This document shows, one piece after another, positions 48,664-59,990 of a DNA stretch of 64,000 nt (position 1 is its first letter; the number at the start of each line of letters is the position of its first letter). This DNA comes from an uncultured Clostridia bacterium (GTDB taxonomy: Bacteria; Bacillota; Clostridia; Saccharofermentanales; Saccharofermentanaceae). The DNA is taken from positions 1,469-65,468 of the forward strand of contig CAMOWX010000001.1 of assembly GCA_946628755.1 (NCBI GenBank). Reading direction: 5' to 3'. The position numbers and the translations under genes are program-made. The notes beneath the pieces were generated by a model. It searched no databases, was not told the origin of the DNA, and was given only the letters and a program-made list of their open reading frames with translations.

Positions 48664-51600
48664 ACTGTTCTCTCTGACATCTGCAAAGTTCAAGCGCGCG
48701 ATATGCTTATTCCTCGTGATGGCGAACATCTTCTGTTCGTATGGCGTATTGCTGGCTGAGGAGCTAAATGATGATACAGATCCTGCGGCTTCCGGGACTG
48801 TGGAGACAACCAATGATAATAATGATGCTGAAGAGACATCACAGGAGACTTCAGAGACGACTGATACGGCCGTTCAGCCTTCTGTGACGCCTGTTCCCAC
48901 GCCTACTGCGATACCGGGTGCCGGTGATCCGGACGAAGACATCACGCCTTCAGGTAAGACAGTCCTTAATTCATTCGGCAACGGATATACGGTAAATGTA
49001 TCCTACGAACCCGAGACGGGCATCCCTGCTGATGCCGAACTCGTTGTTACGGAGATACCTGCGGGCGATGTGTATGATGAGTACATGGATAAGGCTTCCG
49101 AAGCTCTCGGCCGTGAGAATCTGGGATATGCAAGGTTGTTCGATATCAGTCTGGTCAAGGATGGTGTCGAGATCGAGCCTGCTGCTGGATCATCGGTAGC
49201 GGTCAAGATTGTTCTTACTGATGCAAAGTGTGATTCGATGGATGTCGTTCACATGCCGGATGACGCTGATGCAGAGGTGGTAGATGTATCATGCTCTTCT
49301 GCAGGACTGGGTACTGAGATAACATTTGATGCCGAGGGATTCTCGACATATGCAGTTGTTGAAGCGCCCGAGCCATATACTCCTTCTGCAAGGTATGCAA
49401 GCTCTCTGACAGATCTTACAGAAAGCAATGCATTCCTTTTGTCAATTCCCAATCAGGGCAATAAATATGTAACCAACAGTCTGAACGGAAATAATGCTTT
49501 TGTAGAGTCGAGCAGTCTTGCAAGTGCCGCTGAGTGGTATTTCGAGAAGGTCGAAGGTTATGATAACAGGGTCTATATTTACACAATGGATGGTACGACG
49601 CCAAAGTACATCAAGGCTGACAGTAATAATCTGGCATATCTGGTCGATAAAGATGAGGCTGCAGCATTTGTAGTATCAATGAAGGATGGTAAATTCAGAT
49701 TCACTACGGTCTCGAGCACTTCAGATGTTAATAATAAGACTTTACAGCATTCAGGATCCGGCAGCGGTGTTCGTTTCCATAAAGATCAGAATAACAACGG
49801 TCTGTTCCAACTGACGTTCTCATCTTCTGTAAACATGCCCAAAGATCCGTATGAGCTTGACGGCAAGACATACGGCCTTATGAATTACAGTAACCAGCTT
49901 ACCGGTGAAGCTCTGATGTCATCTGCAAGCGGCAGCAATGCTCTGAAGTCCAAATCATTACTGGCGCGCACCAACCCTCTGGAACGCGATAAGCTCCTCT
50001 ATGTTGCACAGGACAGTGATATTACTCTTTGGACATTCCATTCCGTTGAGAAGGATAAATATAAGATATCGACCATTGTTAACGGAGTTCCCAGATATCT
50101 GAAACTGACCGGCAGCGGCGTGTCTCTTACGAATGCATCGGATGCGTCATTGATCCAGGTTATGCCCGGCAAAAATGAATATTCGGATCAGATCCGTCTT
50201 GTATCCGGAAATGTTGCGATTGCACTAGACAGTGGTAAATACGTAAAAGAAGCTCCCAACGCCAATAAAGCAACCCAGTACCTGTATCTTGTTGATCTCT
50301 CAGATCTTACCGATGAAGATTTTGTTATCTATTCTGCAGATAAAGTAAGTGTATCCGATACAGAGCGGGTAAAGAACGGAGAGCATGTTATTATCTATAC
50401 GCGAGTTTGGAATGAAGAAAAGACACGTTATGATTTCTATGCCGTTGATCATGACGGCACTCTCGTAAGGTGTTTTGAATCCGGTGATACGATCCAGTGG
50501 GTAGGATATAAGCTCAACACCCTTCTTTGGGACTTTGTTGAGTACTATAATGAAGGTACGACAGATCCGAACTATTACTATGAGCTTTATAATGAGTATT
50601 CCGGTAAATACATTGCACCACAGCTTGACGGTCAGATCCTGTCAGATGATACGATCGGTATCAATATGAACGGTCGCAAGAAGGAAAGGTATTATTCTTC
50701 CATAGTTGCATGGGATGATTCAGATTATGCATATGCTGCCGTGACGACACAGGATGGCCGTATCGTAGCTTGTCCATTTAAAGATGCGCATGATTTCTAC
50801 TTTGCTATCATTCAGGATAATACTCAGGAACAACTTCATGAGGTAAAGACCATAAATAACGATGTATATGGCATCAAGATGAGGATGATCGACTTTGATG
50901 ATAAAGTACCATCAGGTAGTCATAATGATCAGGATTACATTTTAGGTGACCTGACAAAATGGGAAAACCATAAGATGTCTCCCCAGTCCGGTATCCTGTC
51001 AACACATCTGGATGATAACGGATATCCTACCACATCCGCTAACAGGTCTCTGTATGATCTGTATAAGGATTCTGTTCCGGTCAATCACCTGTTCATTGAT
51101 TCAACATACAAGGCTTCTGGCTATTTTGAGTTTGACAGCACACAGAATTTTGCCAAGTTGGAGGATGACGGCGATTTTACGGTATTCCAGGAACTCGGTA
51201 CGATGGATACAGACAACAAACCATCGTTGAAGCATGGTCAGTTTATGCCTTATGACAAGCTGGATATAGGAGAATACTCTGCTAAAAATCCTCTTAATCT
51301 TTACAATGCTCTGCAGGAGCCGTTGTCTGATGAGGATCCGAGAAAGAATGAGAAACTCTATCTTATCTCTGATCCGGATTACTATTTCGGAATGGAGTTG
51401 GAGACATCTTTCGTTCAGACACCTGACGGCGTTGATGATTGGGATCATGATATTATCTATGAATTCACGGGAGACGATGATTTCTGGCTTTATGTTGACG
51501 GCGAGCTTGTTATCGATCTTGGCGGTATCCACAGTGCTTTAAGCGGAAGCGTTAATTTTAGAACGGGCGAAGTAGTAGTAAACAACGGTACGCCTAAGAC

Positions 51601-54403
51601 TTTGCGTGCTATCTTCGAAGAGAATTACAGGGGAAGAAATCCTTCGGCATCAGATGCTGATGTAGAGAATTATCTTGCCGATTATTTTGATCCCGGTAAG
51701 ACTACATTTAAGAATTATACTTCACACACGATGAAGATATTCTATATGGAGAGAGGTGCGGGAGCATCCAACCTCCATATGAGATTTAACCAGTCTTCAG
51801 TCCGTCCCGGTTCGGTCCTTTTGGGCAAAGAATTAGGAGGTAATATTGATGAGTCCGAATCCGTAATGGCAGAGTTCCCTTATCAGATCTACTATAAGAT
51901 CTCTTCTGACAGCAAACCTGTATTGTTAAGCGATCATGATTCTGATGTAGGTGTTGTGTACAGAGGAACAGAAACTCCTGTTAAGTACAAGTCTTCATAT
52001 ACTATCGACGGTGTAGAGTATAGAAATGTATTCTTCCTGGCTCCCGGCGAACAGTGTGAGGTCGGATTCCCTTCAGATGCTGAATGGTATAGCCTTGTCG
52101 AGTGCGGAGTAAACGATTATGTATACAGCAGTGTCAAGGTGAACGGAGAGGAAGAAGGCGTTACCAGGAAAGACCGCGAGAATGGCAGATCTGATTACAG
52201 TATCGAATACCAGAGAGTTAAGAACCGCACCAGTGTAATATACGAGAATGTGGTTAACTCCGAGTCGCTCAGGACTCTTACATTTAAGAAGCGCGTTTAT
52301 AATGAGACAGGTACAGAACTGCTGGATGATAATTCACCATTCAGTTTCCGTCTTTATTTGGGCGCCGAATATGAGGACTCTGTATCTCTTGCAGATATGT
52401 ATGTCTATCATATTATTGATGATGCCCATAATTACTATAAGTGGGATGTGGATCAGCAGACATTTGTATCCATAGGCAAGACTGATTATACTTCCCTGAC
52501 TGAGGCTGAGAAGAGAATGGTCAGCTTCACAACATCAATGAACGGTGCCATATCCAAGATCCCTGCAAATCTTACAGTTGAGGTAAGAGAACTTGTAGCA
52601 GGCACAAAGTTTGAGGTTGAAGAGCGCAGCTATGAGATTCCTGACGGATATTCGTTCAAGAGCTATGATGTCTATCTTAACGGTAAAGAAGTTGCGGCAA
52701 CATCTCCTAACATCACCGATCCCGCAATAGTGGAGATAGAAGAGAATAATCCTCATGTATATATCAACAACCTCAAGGGTTATGGATTCAGAGTCAACAA
52801 AGTATGGACAGATAAGGATTATATGGCTGACCGTGCTCCGACATATTTTGCCATATATCTCAAAGAAGGGAATACCTACACGTTAGTAGATGACACCGTC
52901 CGTCAGATGCCTTATGATGAGAATTCCATCTATTGGTATATACAAAGACTTAACGGGCATGGTTTTGATGACTTCAAGATCCGTGAGATCAGTATTACCG
53001 CGGGCACTCCGGCAGTAGATTCCGATGGTGTTGTTACAAACTGGCAGGATCTTACGTTCAGCCCCGTCCAGCAGGATAAGAAGGTTAATCTCAACGGACG
53101 GCTCAAGGGCGCTGATACCGGTTCTCCATATGAATACACGGTTGATTACGATGAAGGAATACGTGAGGATAATATCCGTGTTGATACGGTAACTAATGAT
53201 CATCACGGATTCACTATAAAGAAGCAGAACTGGGACGGTTCATCATGGCTTGCCGGAGCGAAATTTACACTTGAAGACAGTGACGGCAATTACATCGGTA
53301 CTTTCACTTCCGATGCAGATGGTTTGGTTACTATTGCATTCTTCAGAGACGGTGTAGATTATACTCTGACTGAGATCAAGTCTCCTCAGGGGTATCTTGC
53401 ACTTGAATCTCCTGTTATCCTGAGGTCAGAAAGCGGTGTCGTATCTGTCAGCGGAATAGACAGTTCATATTATACTTTGACGTCTGATACTCTGGTCTTA
53501 AAGGACAAATCTTATAGCTTGCAGGCTATAAAGACTGATTCAGAGCAGAATCCTTTGGCAGGCGCTGTCTTTAATCTGCATAAGATAAAGACCGTTAACG
53601 GTGTAACAACAGTAGATGTCGTTCCTATGACAGGCTATACGGAACTTACGACCGGCAGCGACGGTATTGTTCCCGGAATAGACAACACCTTGCCTCCGGG
53701 AGATTACCAGCTGCGCGAGAAGAAGGCTCCCGCTGACTGCAGTGCACTTCCTTCCTATATTAATTTCTCCATAAGTAATACGGGAGTTGTTACACTTGGC
53801 AGTCATCCGGACGAAGTATCACTCACGTCGACTGCTGCTGAAGGTGAGACACGCTATGTCATGAGTATTGTCAACAGCGTCAAGGGAGTTCCGCTTATTA
53901 TTTCGAAGAGCGTAACAGGTAATATGGGCAACAGGATGCTCGAATTCCCTCTTACGGTAACATTTACAAAGGATGGAAATGCCGTAACAGGTTCGTTTGC
54001 CTATATCAAGAGTAAGGGCGATCAGCTGATCTCACAAGGCACGATAGAGACGAACACTTCCAATCAACTTGTGTTTACAATCAAAGATGGTGAGATTATA
54101 GTTATAAACAACATTCCGAGTGGCGCTGATTTTGTTGTTACGGAGGATAATCTCGGTTACGATACCACATGTTACCTTGACGATGTTGAATATGATACTG
54201 ACACGCCTTCTGTCAGTGGTTCAGTTCCGACAAACAGTTACGTAAGGTTTGTCAATTCACGCAATGCGCTCATCCCCACAGGTCTTGAGACATCGTTCAA
54301 CCTCAGTGTAAGCATCCTCTGCGCTATGGCGGCAGGTCTTATAGTCAGCTTTGTTTACGGAAGAAAGAGACGCCGTGAGGGCATGGAAGAAGATAATATT
54401 TAA
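48656..54403 (+). CDS. Tip adhesin with fibro-slime/PA14 domain and SpaA-like isopeptide domains
   Basis: FTGDDDFWLYVDGELVIDLGGIH, FYMERGAGASN, LAGAKF..L.E.KSP.GY, IPTG-TM-RKRRR. Confidence 0.88.
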   Translation: MHKLFSLTSAKFKRAICLFLVMANIFCSYGVLLAEELNDDTDPAASGTVETTNDNNDAEETSQETSETTDTAVQPSVTPVPTPTAIPGAGDPDEDITPSGKTVLNSFGNGYTVNVSYEPETGIPADAELVVTEIPAGDVYDEYMDKASEALGRENLGYARLFDISLVKDGVEIEPAAGSSVAVKIVLTDAKCDSMDVVHMPDDADAEVVDVSCSSAGLGTEITFDAEGFSTYAVVEAPEPYTPSARYASSLTDLTESNAFLLSIPNQGNKYVTNSLNGNNAFVESSSLASAAEWYFEKVEGYDNRVYIYTMDGTTPKYIKADSNNLAYLVDKDEAAAFVVSMKDGKFRFTTVSSTSDVNNKTLQHSGSGSGVRFHKDQNNNGLFQLTFSSSVNMPKDPYELDGKTYGLMNYSNQLTGEALMSSASGSNALKSKSLLARTNPLERDKLLYVAQDSDITLWTFHSVEKDKYKISTIVNGVPRYLKLTGSGVSLTNASDASLIQVMPGKNEYSDQIRLVSGNVAIALDSGKYVKEAPNANKATQYLYLVDLSDLTDEDFVIYSADKVSVSDTERVKNGEHVIIYTRVWNEEKTRYDFYAVDHDGTLVRCFESGDTIQWVGYKLNTLLWDFVEYYNEGTTDPNYYYELYNEYSGKYIAPQLDGQILSDDTIGINMNGRKKERYYSSIVAWDDSDYAYAAVTTQDGRIVACPFKDAHDFYFAIIQDNTQEQLHEVKTINNDVYGIKMRMIDFDDKVPSGSHNDQDYILGDLTKWENHKMSPQSGILSTHLDDNGYPTTSANRSLYDLYKDSVPVNHLFIDSTYKASGYFEFDSTQNFAKLEDDGDFTVFQELGTMDTDNKPSLKHGQFMPYDKLDIGEYSAKNPLNLYNALQEPLSDEDPRKNEKLYLISDPDYYFGMELETSFVQTPDGVDDWDHDIIYEFTGDDDFWLYVDGELVIDLGGIHSALSGSVNFRTGEVVVNNGTPKTLRAIFEENYRGRNPSASDADVENYLADYFDPGKTTFKNYTSHTMKIFYMERGAGASNLHMRFNQSSVRPGSVLLGKELGGNIDESESVMAEFPYQIYYKISSDSKPVLLSDHDSDVGVVYRGTETPVKYKSSYTIDGVEYRNVFFLAPGEQCEVGFPSDAEWYSLVECGVNDYVYSSVKVNGEEEGVTRKDRENGRSDYSIEYQRVKNRTSVIYENVVNSESLRTLTFKKRVYNETGTELLDDNSPFSFRLYLGAEYEDSVSLADMYVYHIIDDAHNYYKWDVDQQTFVSIGKTDYTSLTEAEKRMVSFTTSMNGAISKIPANLTVEVRELVAGTKFEVEERSYEIPDGYSFKSYDVYLNGKEVAATSPNITDPAIVEIEENNPHVYINNLKGYGFRVNKVWTDKDYMADRAPTYFAIYLKEGNTYTLVDDTVRQMPYDENSIYWYIQRLNGHGFDDFKIREISITAGTPAVDSDGVVTNWQDLTFSPVQQDKKVNLNGRLKGADTGSPYEYTVDYDEGIREDNIRVDTVTNDHHGFTIKKQNWDGSSWLAGAKFTLEDSDGNYIGTFTSDADGLVTIAFFRDGVDYTLTEIKSPQGYLALESPVILRSESGVVSVSGIDSSYYTLTSDTLVLKDKSYSLQAIKTDSEQNPLAGAVFNLHKIKTVNGVTTVDVVPMTGYTELTTGSDGIVPGIDNTLPPGDYQLREKKAPADCSALPSYINFSISNTGVVTLGSHPDEVSLTSTAAEGETRYVMSIVNSVKGVPLIISKSVTGNMGNRMLEFPLTVTFTKDGNAVTGSFAYIKSKGDQLISQGTIETNTSNQLVFTIKDGEIIVINNIPSGADFVVTEDNLGYDTTCYLDDVEYDTDTPSVSGSVPTNSYVRFVNSRNALIPTGLETSFNLSVSILCAMAAGLIVSFVYGRKRRREGMEEDNI

Positions 54404-54433
54404 AAATACATACGGATACCCGGAGGTGGATCT

Positions 54434-56518
54434 ATGAAGAGTAAGAAGATTACGGCTACCATCTTAAGTATGGCAGTGATGATAAGTGCAGTGCCGGGAT
54501 TAGTTCTCGCTGATGAGACAGAAGAGGATATTGTCAGTCAGGAACAGGTTCAGGAAGATGATCAGGAGTCTGTTGAAGAACAGGAGGAAGATGCTGAAGA
54601 GCCCTCCGGTGATATCATTGATGAGACTGATACTGAAGAAGACGGGGATCCCGGAGAAGCAGAGGCCGCTGAGCAGGCCGACGTCTATAAGGGTTCCGGC
54701 ATTACTTTTGCGGATGGTACATTGACACTGTCAGGTGATGTGAACAGGACTGCTATAGATGATGTTGTCGGTGTTGATCAATCTGACGCAGTTATTCATG
54801 TTGTTGCCCTCCCGGGAACAAGGATCATACCTAATACAGGGTGGAAGGCATTGTTCGAATACATGCATAATGTTCAGGATATTGACCTTAGCAAAGCTTA
54901 TTTTTCCAGTGATCTGACATCCTTCGAGGGTATGTTTGCTAATTGTACAAGTCTTCAGACGATTAAATTTCCGGAGGACAGTGATACTTCAGGAATAACA
55001 AATATGAAAAACATGTTCTTCATGTGCGAGTCGCTTAAGTCTCTCGATCTGGTCAAGGATCTTGATACCTCATCGGTTACTGATATGAAAGGCATGTTTG
55101 GGTATTGCACATCACTTGAATCGATCGAGTTCGGTCCGAAGTTCGATACGAGCAAGGTTACATCCATGTATGCGATGTTCGATTCATGTAGATCTCTCAC
55201 AACTCTTGATCTTACCGGATTCAAGACCGGAGCGGTCACTGACATATCATTCATGATCGAGTTCTGCAGTAAGCTTGAGACTATTTACTTCGGAAAAGGC
55301 TTTGACACATCGTCGGTGACGATCGCAATGTATATGTTCTACGGGTGTGAAGCGCTGGAGACAATATCAGCATATAAGGCTTTCGGGCTGGATCCTGCGA
55401 TCTCCGAATTGATGTTCGGAGGGTGTGAATCTCTGGAAGGCTTTGATCCCGATTGTACCGACGGTACATATGCGCGGGCCAATTCACCTGCAGGGGCAGG
55501 GCTTGGCTATCTTACGATCGAGACGGAGGAAGGAGTTCTGGGTTATTCTCTTACTCTGGACGATTCCATCGGTATTATCTTCTATGTTTACCTCGATCCT
55601 GCCGACGATCTGACAGCATGCTACGACTGGGGCACCGGAACGGATTCACGTTCAGGCAGTTCATATGTCCATTCGGATGTTCCCGCTGCCGTTACAATGC
55701 TCTCCGATGAGGAGAGTGAACTCTATGACGGAGCTAATTATAAGATAATCTGCCATGTGGCAGCCCGTTCGATGACGGATAATGTGGAGCTTACGGTTAA
55801 GAGAGGCGGAAGCGAAGTCCTGACGGACAGCTACCGTGTAGTGGATTACATGGGGGATGCACTTAAGATCTATCCTGATAATGTGAAACTGCATTTCCTT
55901 CTGAACGTAATGTTTATCTACGGAGATCAGGCGCAGAAATATTTCAATTACAGAACAGACGATCCTGCCGCAGATTACATTGATTACACCGGCATTCAGT
56001 CAGATCCGACCGTTCTTAAGACTGTTGAGACGATAGTTGACAGGATGAAGAACATAACAGATACGTCTGAAGAGATCGAAGTGCCCGATTCTGATTTTAC
56101 CGTCAGGAATATCGATTCGTCCAAATACGGAGTGTCATTCTGCGGCTCATCTCTGTCGGGCAACTCATCGATCAAGGAGAAGCTCTATCTCAAGATCGAA
56201 GATCCCGATCTCGCGGATAATACCTCCATTCAGCTTGCTTCCTCCATGGAAGACAGCTTCAGATTATTGTCGGTCGACAGGAACGACAGCTATCTGGTGG
56301 TGAGTATTGAACTTGTCAATCCGACCGTACTTATGAGCCCCGTTCATATCAAATTCGCAAACGGTGCAAACAGCGATATTCTTACCTACAGTGCCAAAAC
56401 CTACGCAAGTGCCGTATTCAGCGCATCGGCGGATGATGATCTTAGACAGGTAAGAGGTGTCGTCGATTCGATGATGTTCTACTGTGATACGGTAACTGTC
56501 TACATCAGCGGTAATTAA
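54434..56518 (+). CDS. BspA/DUF285-type leucine-rich-repeat surface protein
   Basis: Signal peptide; repeats of DTS.VT.M..MF..C.SL..LD. Confidence 0.88.
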   Translation: MKSKKITATILSMAVMISAVPGLVLADETEEDIVSQEQVQEDDQESVEEQEEDAEEPSGDIIDETDTEEDGDPGEAEAAEQADVYKGSGITFADGTLTLSGDVNRTAIDDVVGVDQSDAVIHVVALPGTRIIPNTGWKALFEYMHNVQDIDLSKAYFSSDLTSFEGMFANCTSLQTIKFPEDSDTSGITNMKNMFFMCESLKSLDLVKDLDTSSVTDMKGMFGYCTSLESIEFGPKFDTSKVTSMYAMFDSCRSLTTLDLTGFKTGAVTDISFMIEFCSKLETIYFGKGFDTSSVTIAMYMFYGCEALETISAYKAFGLDPAISELMFGGCESLEGFDPDCTDGTYARANSPAGAGLGYLTIETEEGVLGYSLTLDDSIGIIFYVYLDPADDLTACYDWGTGTDSRSGSSYVHSDVPAAVTMLSDEESELYDGANYKIICHVAARSMTDNVELTVKRGGSEVLTDSYRVVDYMGDALKIYPDNVKLHFLLNVMFIYGDQAQKYFNYRTDDPAADYIDYTGIQSDPTVLKTVETIVDRMKNITDTSEEIEVPDSDFTVRNIDSSKYGVSFCGSSLSGNSSIKEKLYLKIEDPDLADNTSIQLASSMEDSFRLLSVDRNDSYLVVSIELVNPTVLMSPVHIKFANGANSDILTYSAKTYASAVFSASADDDLRQVRGVVDSMMFYCDTVTVYISGN

Positions 56519-56616
56519 CTGATATAAGTAAGCATCATGTTGCTTGATTTTTGAAGTGTCAGCATATATTATTAGCGTGCGATGGTATTCACCTGCAGTA
56601 AGAACCAGAGGTAGTT

Positions 56617-58437
56617 ATGAGCATTTTTGATATTCTGTCCCTGCTGGGCGGACTTGCCATGTTCCTTTATGGCATGCGCCTTATGGGTGATTCCCTTAAG
56701 GAGAATTCGTCCGGCACCCTCAAGAGTGCGATGGAGAAGGTAACAAATAATCCCGTTAAGGCTTTCCTGATGGGATTGATGGTTACTGCGCTCATACAGT
56801 CATCCACTGCCACCATCGTTATCACTTCAGGTCTTGTTGCCGCCGGCATACTTACGCTCAGACAATCGCTCGGCATCATCGTCGGCGCGAATGTAGGTAC
56901 GACGGTCACCGGTCAGATAATACGACTTCTCGACCTCGATACCGATTCCGGTGCCACATCATGGCTCAGATTCCTGCAGCCGTCCACATTGGCTCCGATC
57001 GCGCTGATACTCGGTGTGGGATTCATAATGTTCGGCAAGTTCAAGAAAGCAAGATCCGCGGCTAATATCGCCATCGGATTCGGCATACTGTTCTCGGGAC
57101 TGCTCAACATGACGAGTGCAGTTAATAATATCAAGGAATCAGGTATGGTCGAGGAACTGTTCACGGGCCTCGGTGCCAATCCGTTCCTCGGTTACGTTAC
57201 CGGTGCAGGCGTTGCATTCGTCCTTCAGAGTTCATCGGCGACGGTCGGTATCCTTCAGGCATTCTCATCCACCGGACTTCTCACGTGGAGCAGCATATAT
57301 GCCGTTATAGTTGGTATCTATCTGGGCGACTGTGTTACAACTGCCATAGTCTGCTCAATCGGTGCCAAGACTGATGCAAAGCGCGTCGGCATAGTCAACA
57401 TCCTGTACAACCTGTGCAAGTCGGTGGTCGTTCTCATAGGAGTATTTGCGGCTTATCAGGCAGGGTGGCTCGACGGGCTGTGGAATAAGACGGTCAATTC
57501 AGGTATCATCGCTGATACCAATACCATATTCAACCTCGGCTGTGCACTGCTGCTGATGCCGATGCTCGGCTTGTTTGAGAAGATCAGCAAGAAGATAGTC
57601 AAGGATGATGAGGTCAAGCGCGGCAAATATGCCGATAAGCTCGACGCTCTGAACCCCGTATTCTTCAGTACGCCCGCTCTTGCTCTGAGAAGCTGCTACG
57701 ACGTGCTGATGACAATGTTCGATGCGTCACGCGTCAATATCGAGAATTCGTATCTCCAGCTTACCAAATATGACGATGAAGTCATGGCGGATATCCTCGA
57801 TGAGGAGGACGAGATCGACAACATGACCGATAAGGTCAGCCGTTATATGGTAGAGCTTCTGCCGCACCTGCAGAGCGATGAGCACATAGTCATCCTCAAT
57901 CAGTACTATAAGGTCACGGGCGAGTTCGAACGTCTCGGAGACCATGCTGTCAATATCGGCGAACTGGCTCAGCAGATGCACGAGAGCAGGACGATCTTCT
58001 CTGATGAGGCGAAGCGTGAGATGGAGGTCCTCTACGAGCTGATAGACTCCATTCTCAATCAGACCGAAAGGGCATTCGCCAAGAGGGACGAGGAGGCCAC
58101 AGAACTTATCGAGCCGATGGTCAGAGTGGCAGGCGAGTTCATCGCGCAGATGAAGCACAACCATTTCGAGCGTATGAGCAGCGGCATGTGCAACATCCTG
58201 GCGGACGCAGTGTATACAAATATGCTGATGGAGTGCAAGCGTATTGCTGATGCCTGCTCAAATGTGGGCGTGGCGATCATGGTAAGGATCAGGCCGCAGC
58301 TGGCAGATCATGAGCATATGTATTTCGAGGGGCTTCAGAAGGGCGTCAACAAGAGTTACAATAAGGCGTTCAATCAGGCGCACAAGTATTATTTCGGTAA
58401 GCTTACCGGCAATGCTGACGGCAAACCCCAGGCATAA
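56617..58437 (+). CDS. Na+/phosphate cotransporter with PhoU domains
   Basis: QSSTAT and QSSSAT repeats, GANVGTT, ERLGDHAVNI. Confidence 0.93.
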   Translation: MSIFDILSLLGGLAMFLYGMRLMGDSLKENSSGTLKSAMEKVTNNPVKAFLMGLMVTALIQSSTATIVITSGLVAAGILTLRQSLGIIVGANVGTTVTGQIIRLLDLDTDSGATSWLRFLQPSTLAPIALILGVGFIMFGKFKKARSAANIAIGFGILFSGLLNMTSAVNNIKESGMVEELFTGLGANPFLGYVTGAGVAFVLQSSSATVGILQAFSSTGLLTWSSIYAVIVGIYLGDCVTTAIVCSIGAKTDAKRVGIVNILYNLCKSVVVLIGVFAAYQAGWLDGLWNKTVNSGIIADTNTIFNLGCALLLMPMLGLFEKISKKIVKDDEVKRGKYADKLDALNPVFFSTPALALRSCYDVLMTMFDASRVNIENSYLQLTKYDDEVMADILDEEDEIDNMTDKVSRYMVELLPHLQSDEHIVILNQYYKVTGEFERLGDHAVNIGELAQQMHESRTIFSDEAKREMEVLYELIDSILNQTERAFAKRDEEATELIEPMVRVAGEFIAQMKHNHFERMSSGMCNILADAVYTNMLMECKRIADACSNVGVAIMVRIRPQLADHEHMYFEGLQKGVNKSYNKAFNQAHKYYFGKLTGNADGKPQA

Positions 58438-58506
58438 ATCGTAAAAATAACATTTATATGCCTGCGTCTGATATTAAGCTGACGGACCAAGTGTTAAAAT
58501 TGCCGC

Positions 58507-59883
58507 ATGGAAAACAGACTTACAGAAGGCAAACCGTTCAACGTCATTTTGAGGTTTATGCTGCCTCTTGTTATCGGCAACATATGTCAGCAACTCTATA
58601 ATCTCGTTGACACTATAATAGTAGGCAGATTCGTAGGACCTACAGCCCTTGCGGCGGTGGGATCGACCGGCACGATCATGTTCTTTATCGTCGGTACATG
58701 TACCGGTATGGTCACCGGATTCTCCATCGTTACCAGCCAGAAATACGGAGCCGGAGAGACTGAAGAAGTCAAAAAGAGCGTAAGCAACGGCCTGCTTCTG
58801 TCATTTATAATAATCCTGATATCGACTGTAGTGACCGTGGCGGTCATCAAGCCTGTTTTGCGTCTGATGAACACGCCTGATGACATATTCGACTACGCCT
58901 ACGATTATATATCTGTCATCTGTATCGGCATATTCGCGACGGTTTTTTATAACTTTTTCTCAGCTGTTTTAAGAGCGATCGGCAACAGCAGTATACCGCT
59001 TATATCACTAATTATATCGGCGGCTCTCAACATAGGACTTGACCTGCTGTTTATTATTGTCTTTGAACTGGGCACAGCAGGTGCCGCAATTGCGACGGTA
59101 TTGTCTCAGGCAGTGTCAGCATTGTTCTGCCTTATATATATTCTGCTGCGTGTTCCGGATCTCAAGCCCTCGCGCAGCCACTGGAGGCCGTCACGGAGAA
59201 TGATAACAGGGGAACTCATGCAGGGAATACCAATGGCTCTTCAGACCGGTATTACAGCATCAGGAACTATGATCATGCAAAGTGCTATTAACCTGTTCGG
59301 CTCCATTGCTGTTGCAGGAGTTACGGCAGCGTCCAAACTTCAGATGATCATGACTCAGGCTATGTTTACGTCAGGTCAGACCATGGCCTCATATGTCGGC
59401 CAGAATTACGGTAAGGGTGATTATCAGCGTATCCGCGAGGGTATAAAAGCAGCCCTCAAGATGTTTGTTGTTTACTGCATCTTAGCGGCTGCAATCACAA
59501 TAATAATCCTTCCATATGTACTCCCTGTATTCTTTGAGCCCGGAGCTGATATAACTGAATATTTGCCCTGGTCGAGGATCTATATTGTTGAATGTTCGGT
59601 CTGCTACTTCTTCCTTGCCATGGTCTTCATCTACAGAAGTGCAATTCAGGCTGTAGGCCACGGATTTACCGCTATGCTCATGGGCGTCGCTGAACTGTCC
59701 GCGAGGCTTATCATGTCCGTGATATCGATGATAGCAGGTTCATTCTATCTGGCAGTGGCGTCTGATCCGTTTGCGTGGGTAGTAGCTGCTATGCTGGGAC
59801 TGTTCATTTTTGTCAGACTGATGAAGAAGATAGAAAAGCTCAGTGGTGTTGCCACGGAACCAAGACGCGCTTCGCGGGGATGA
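58507..59883 (+). CDS. MATE family efflux transporter
   Basis: QQLYNLVDTIIVG, LNIGLDLLF, GAAIAT, GQNYG. Confidence 0.95.
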   Translation: MENRLTEGKPFNVILRFMLPLVIGNICQQLYNLVDTIIVGRFVGPTALAAVGSTGTIMFFIVGTCTGMVTGFSIVTSQKYGAGETEEVKKSVSNGLLLSFIIILISTVVTVAVIKPVLRLMNTPDDIFDYAYDYISVICIGIFATVFYNFFSAVLRAIGNSSIPLISLIISAALNIGLDLLFIIVFELGTAGAAIATVLSQAVSALFCLIYILLRVPDLKPSRSHWRPSRRMITGELMQGIPMALQTGITASGTMIMQSAINLFGSIAVAGVTAASKLQMIMTQAMFTSGQTMASYVGQNYGKGDYQRIREGIKAALKMFVVYCILAAAITIIILPYVLPVFFEPGADITEYLPWSRIYIVECSVCYFFLAMVFIYRSAIQAVGHGFTAMLMGVAELSARLIMSVISMIAGSFYLAVASDPFAWVVAAMLGLFIFVRLMKKIEKLSGVATEPRRASRG

Positions 59884-59990
59884 ACGTGTGCAACACTTTT
59901 TGTTAACAAACTTGAAATATTATGTGAATAAAGTATAATAAATTTTAGTAGAAATTCTAATATTCAAACACAAATACAGAGGTGGCATTT

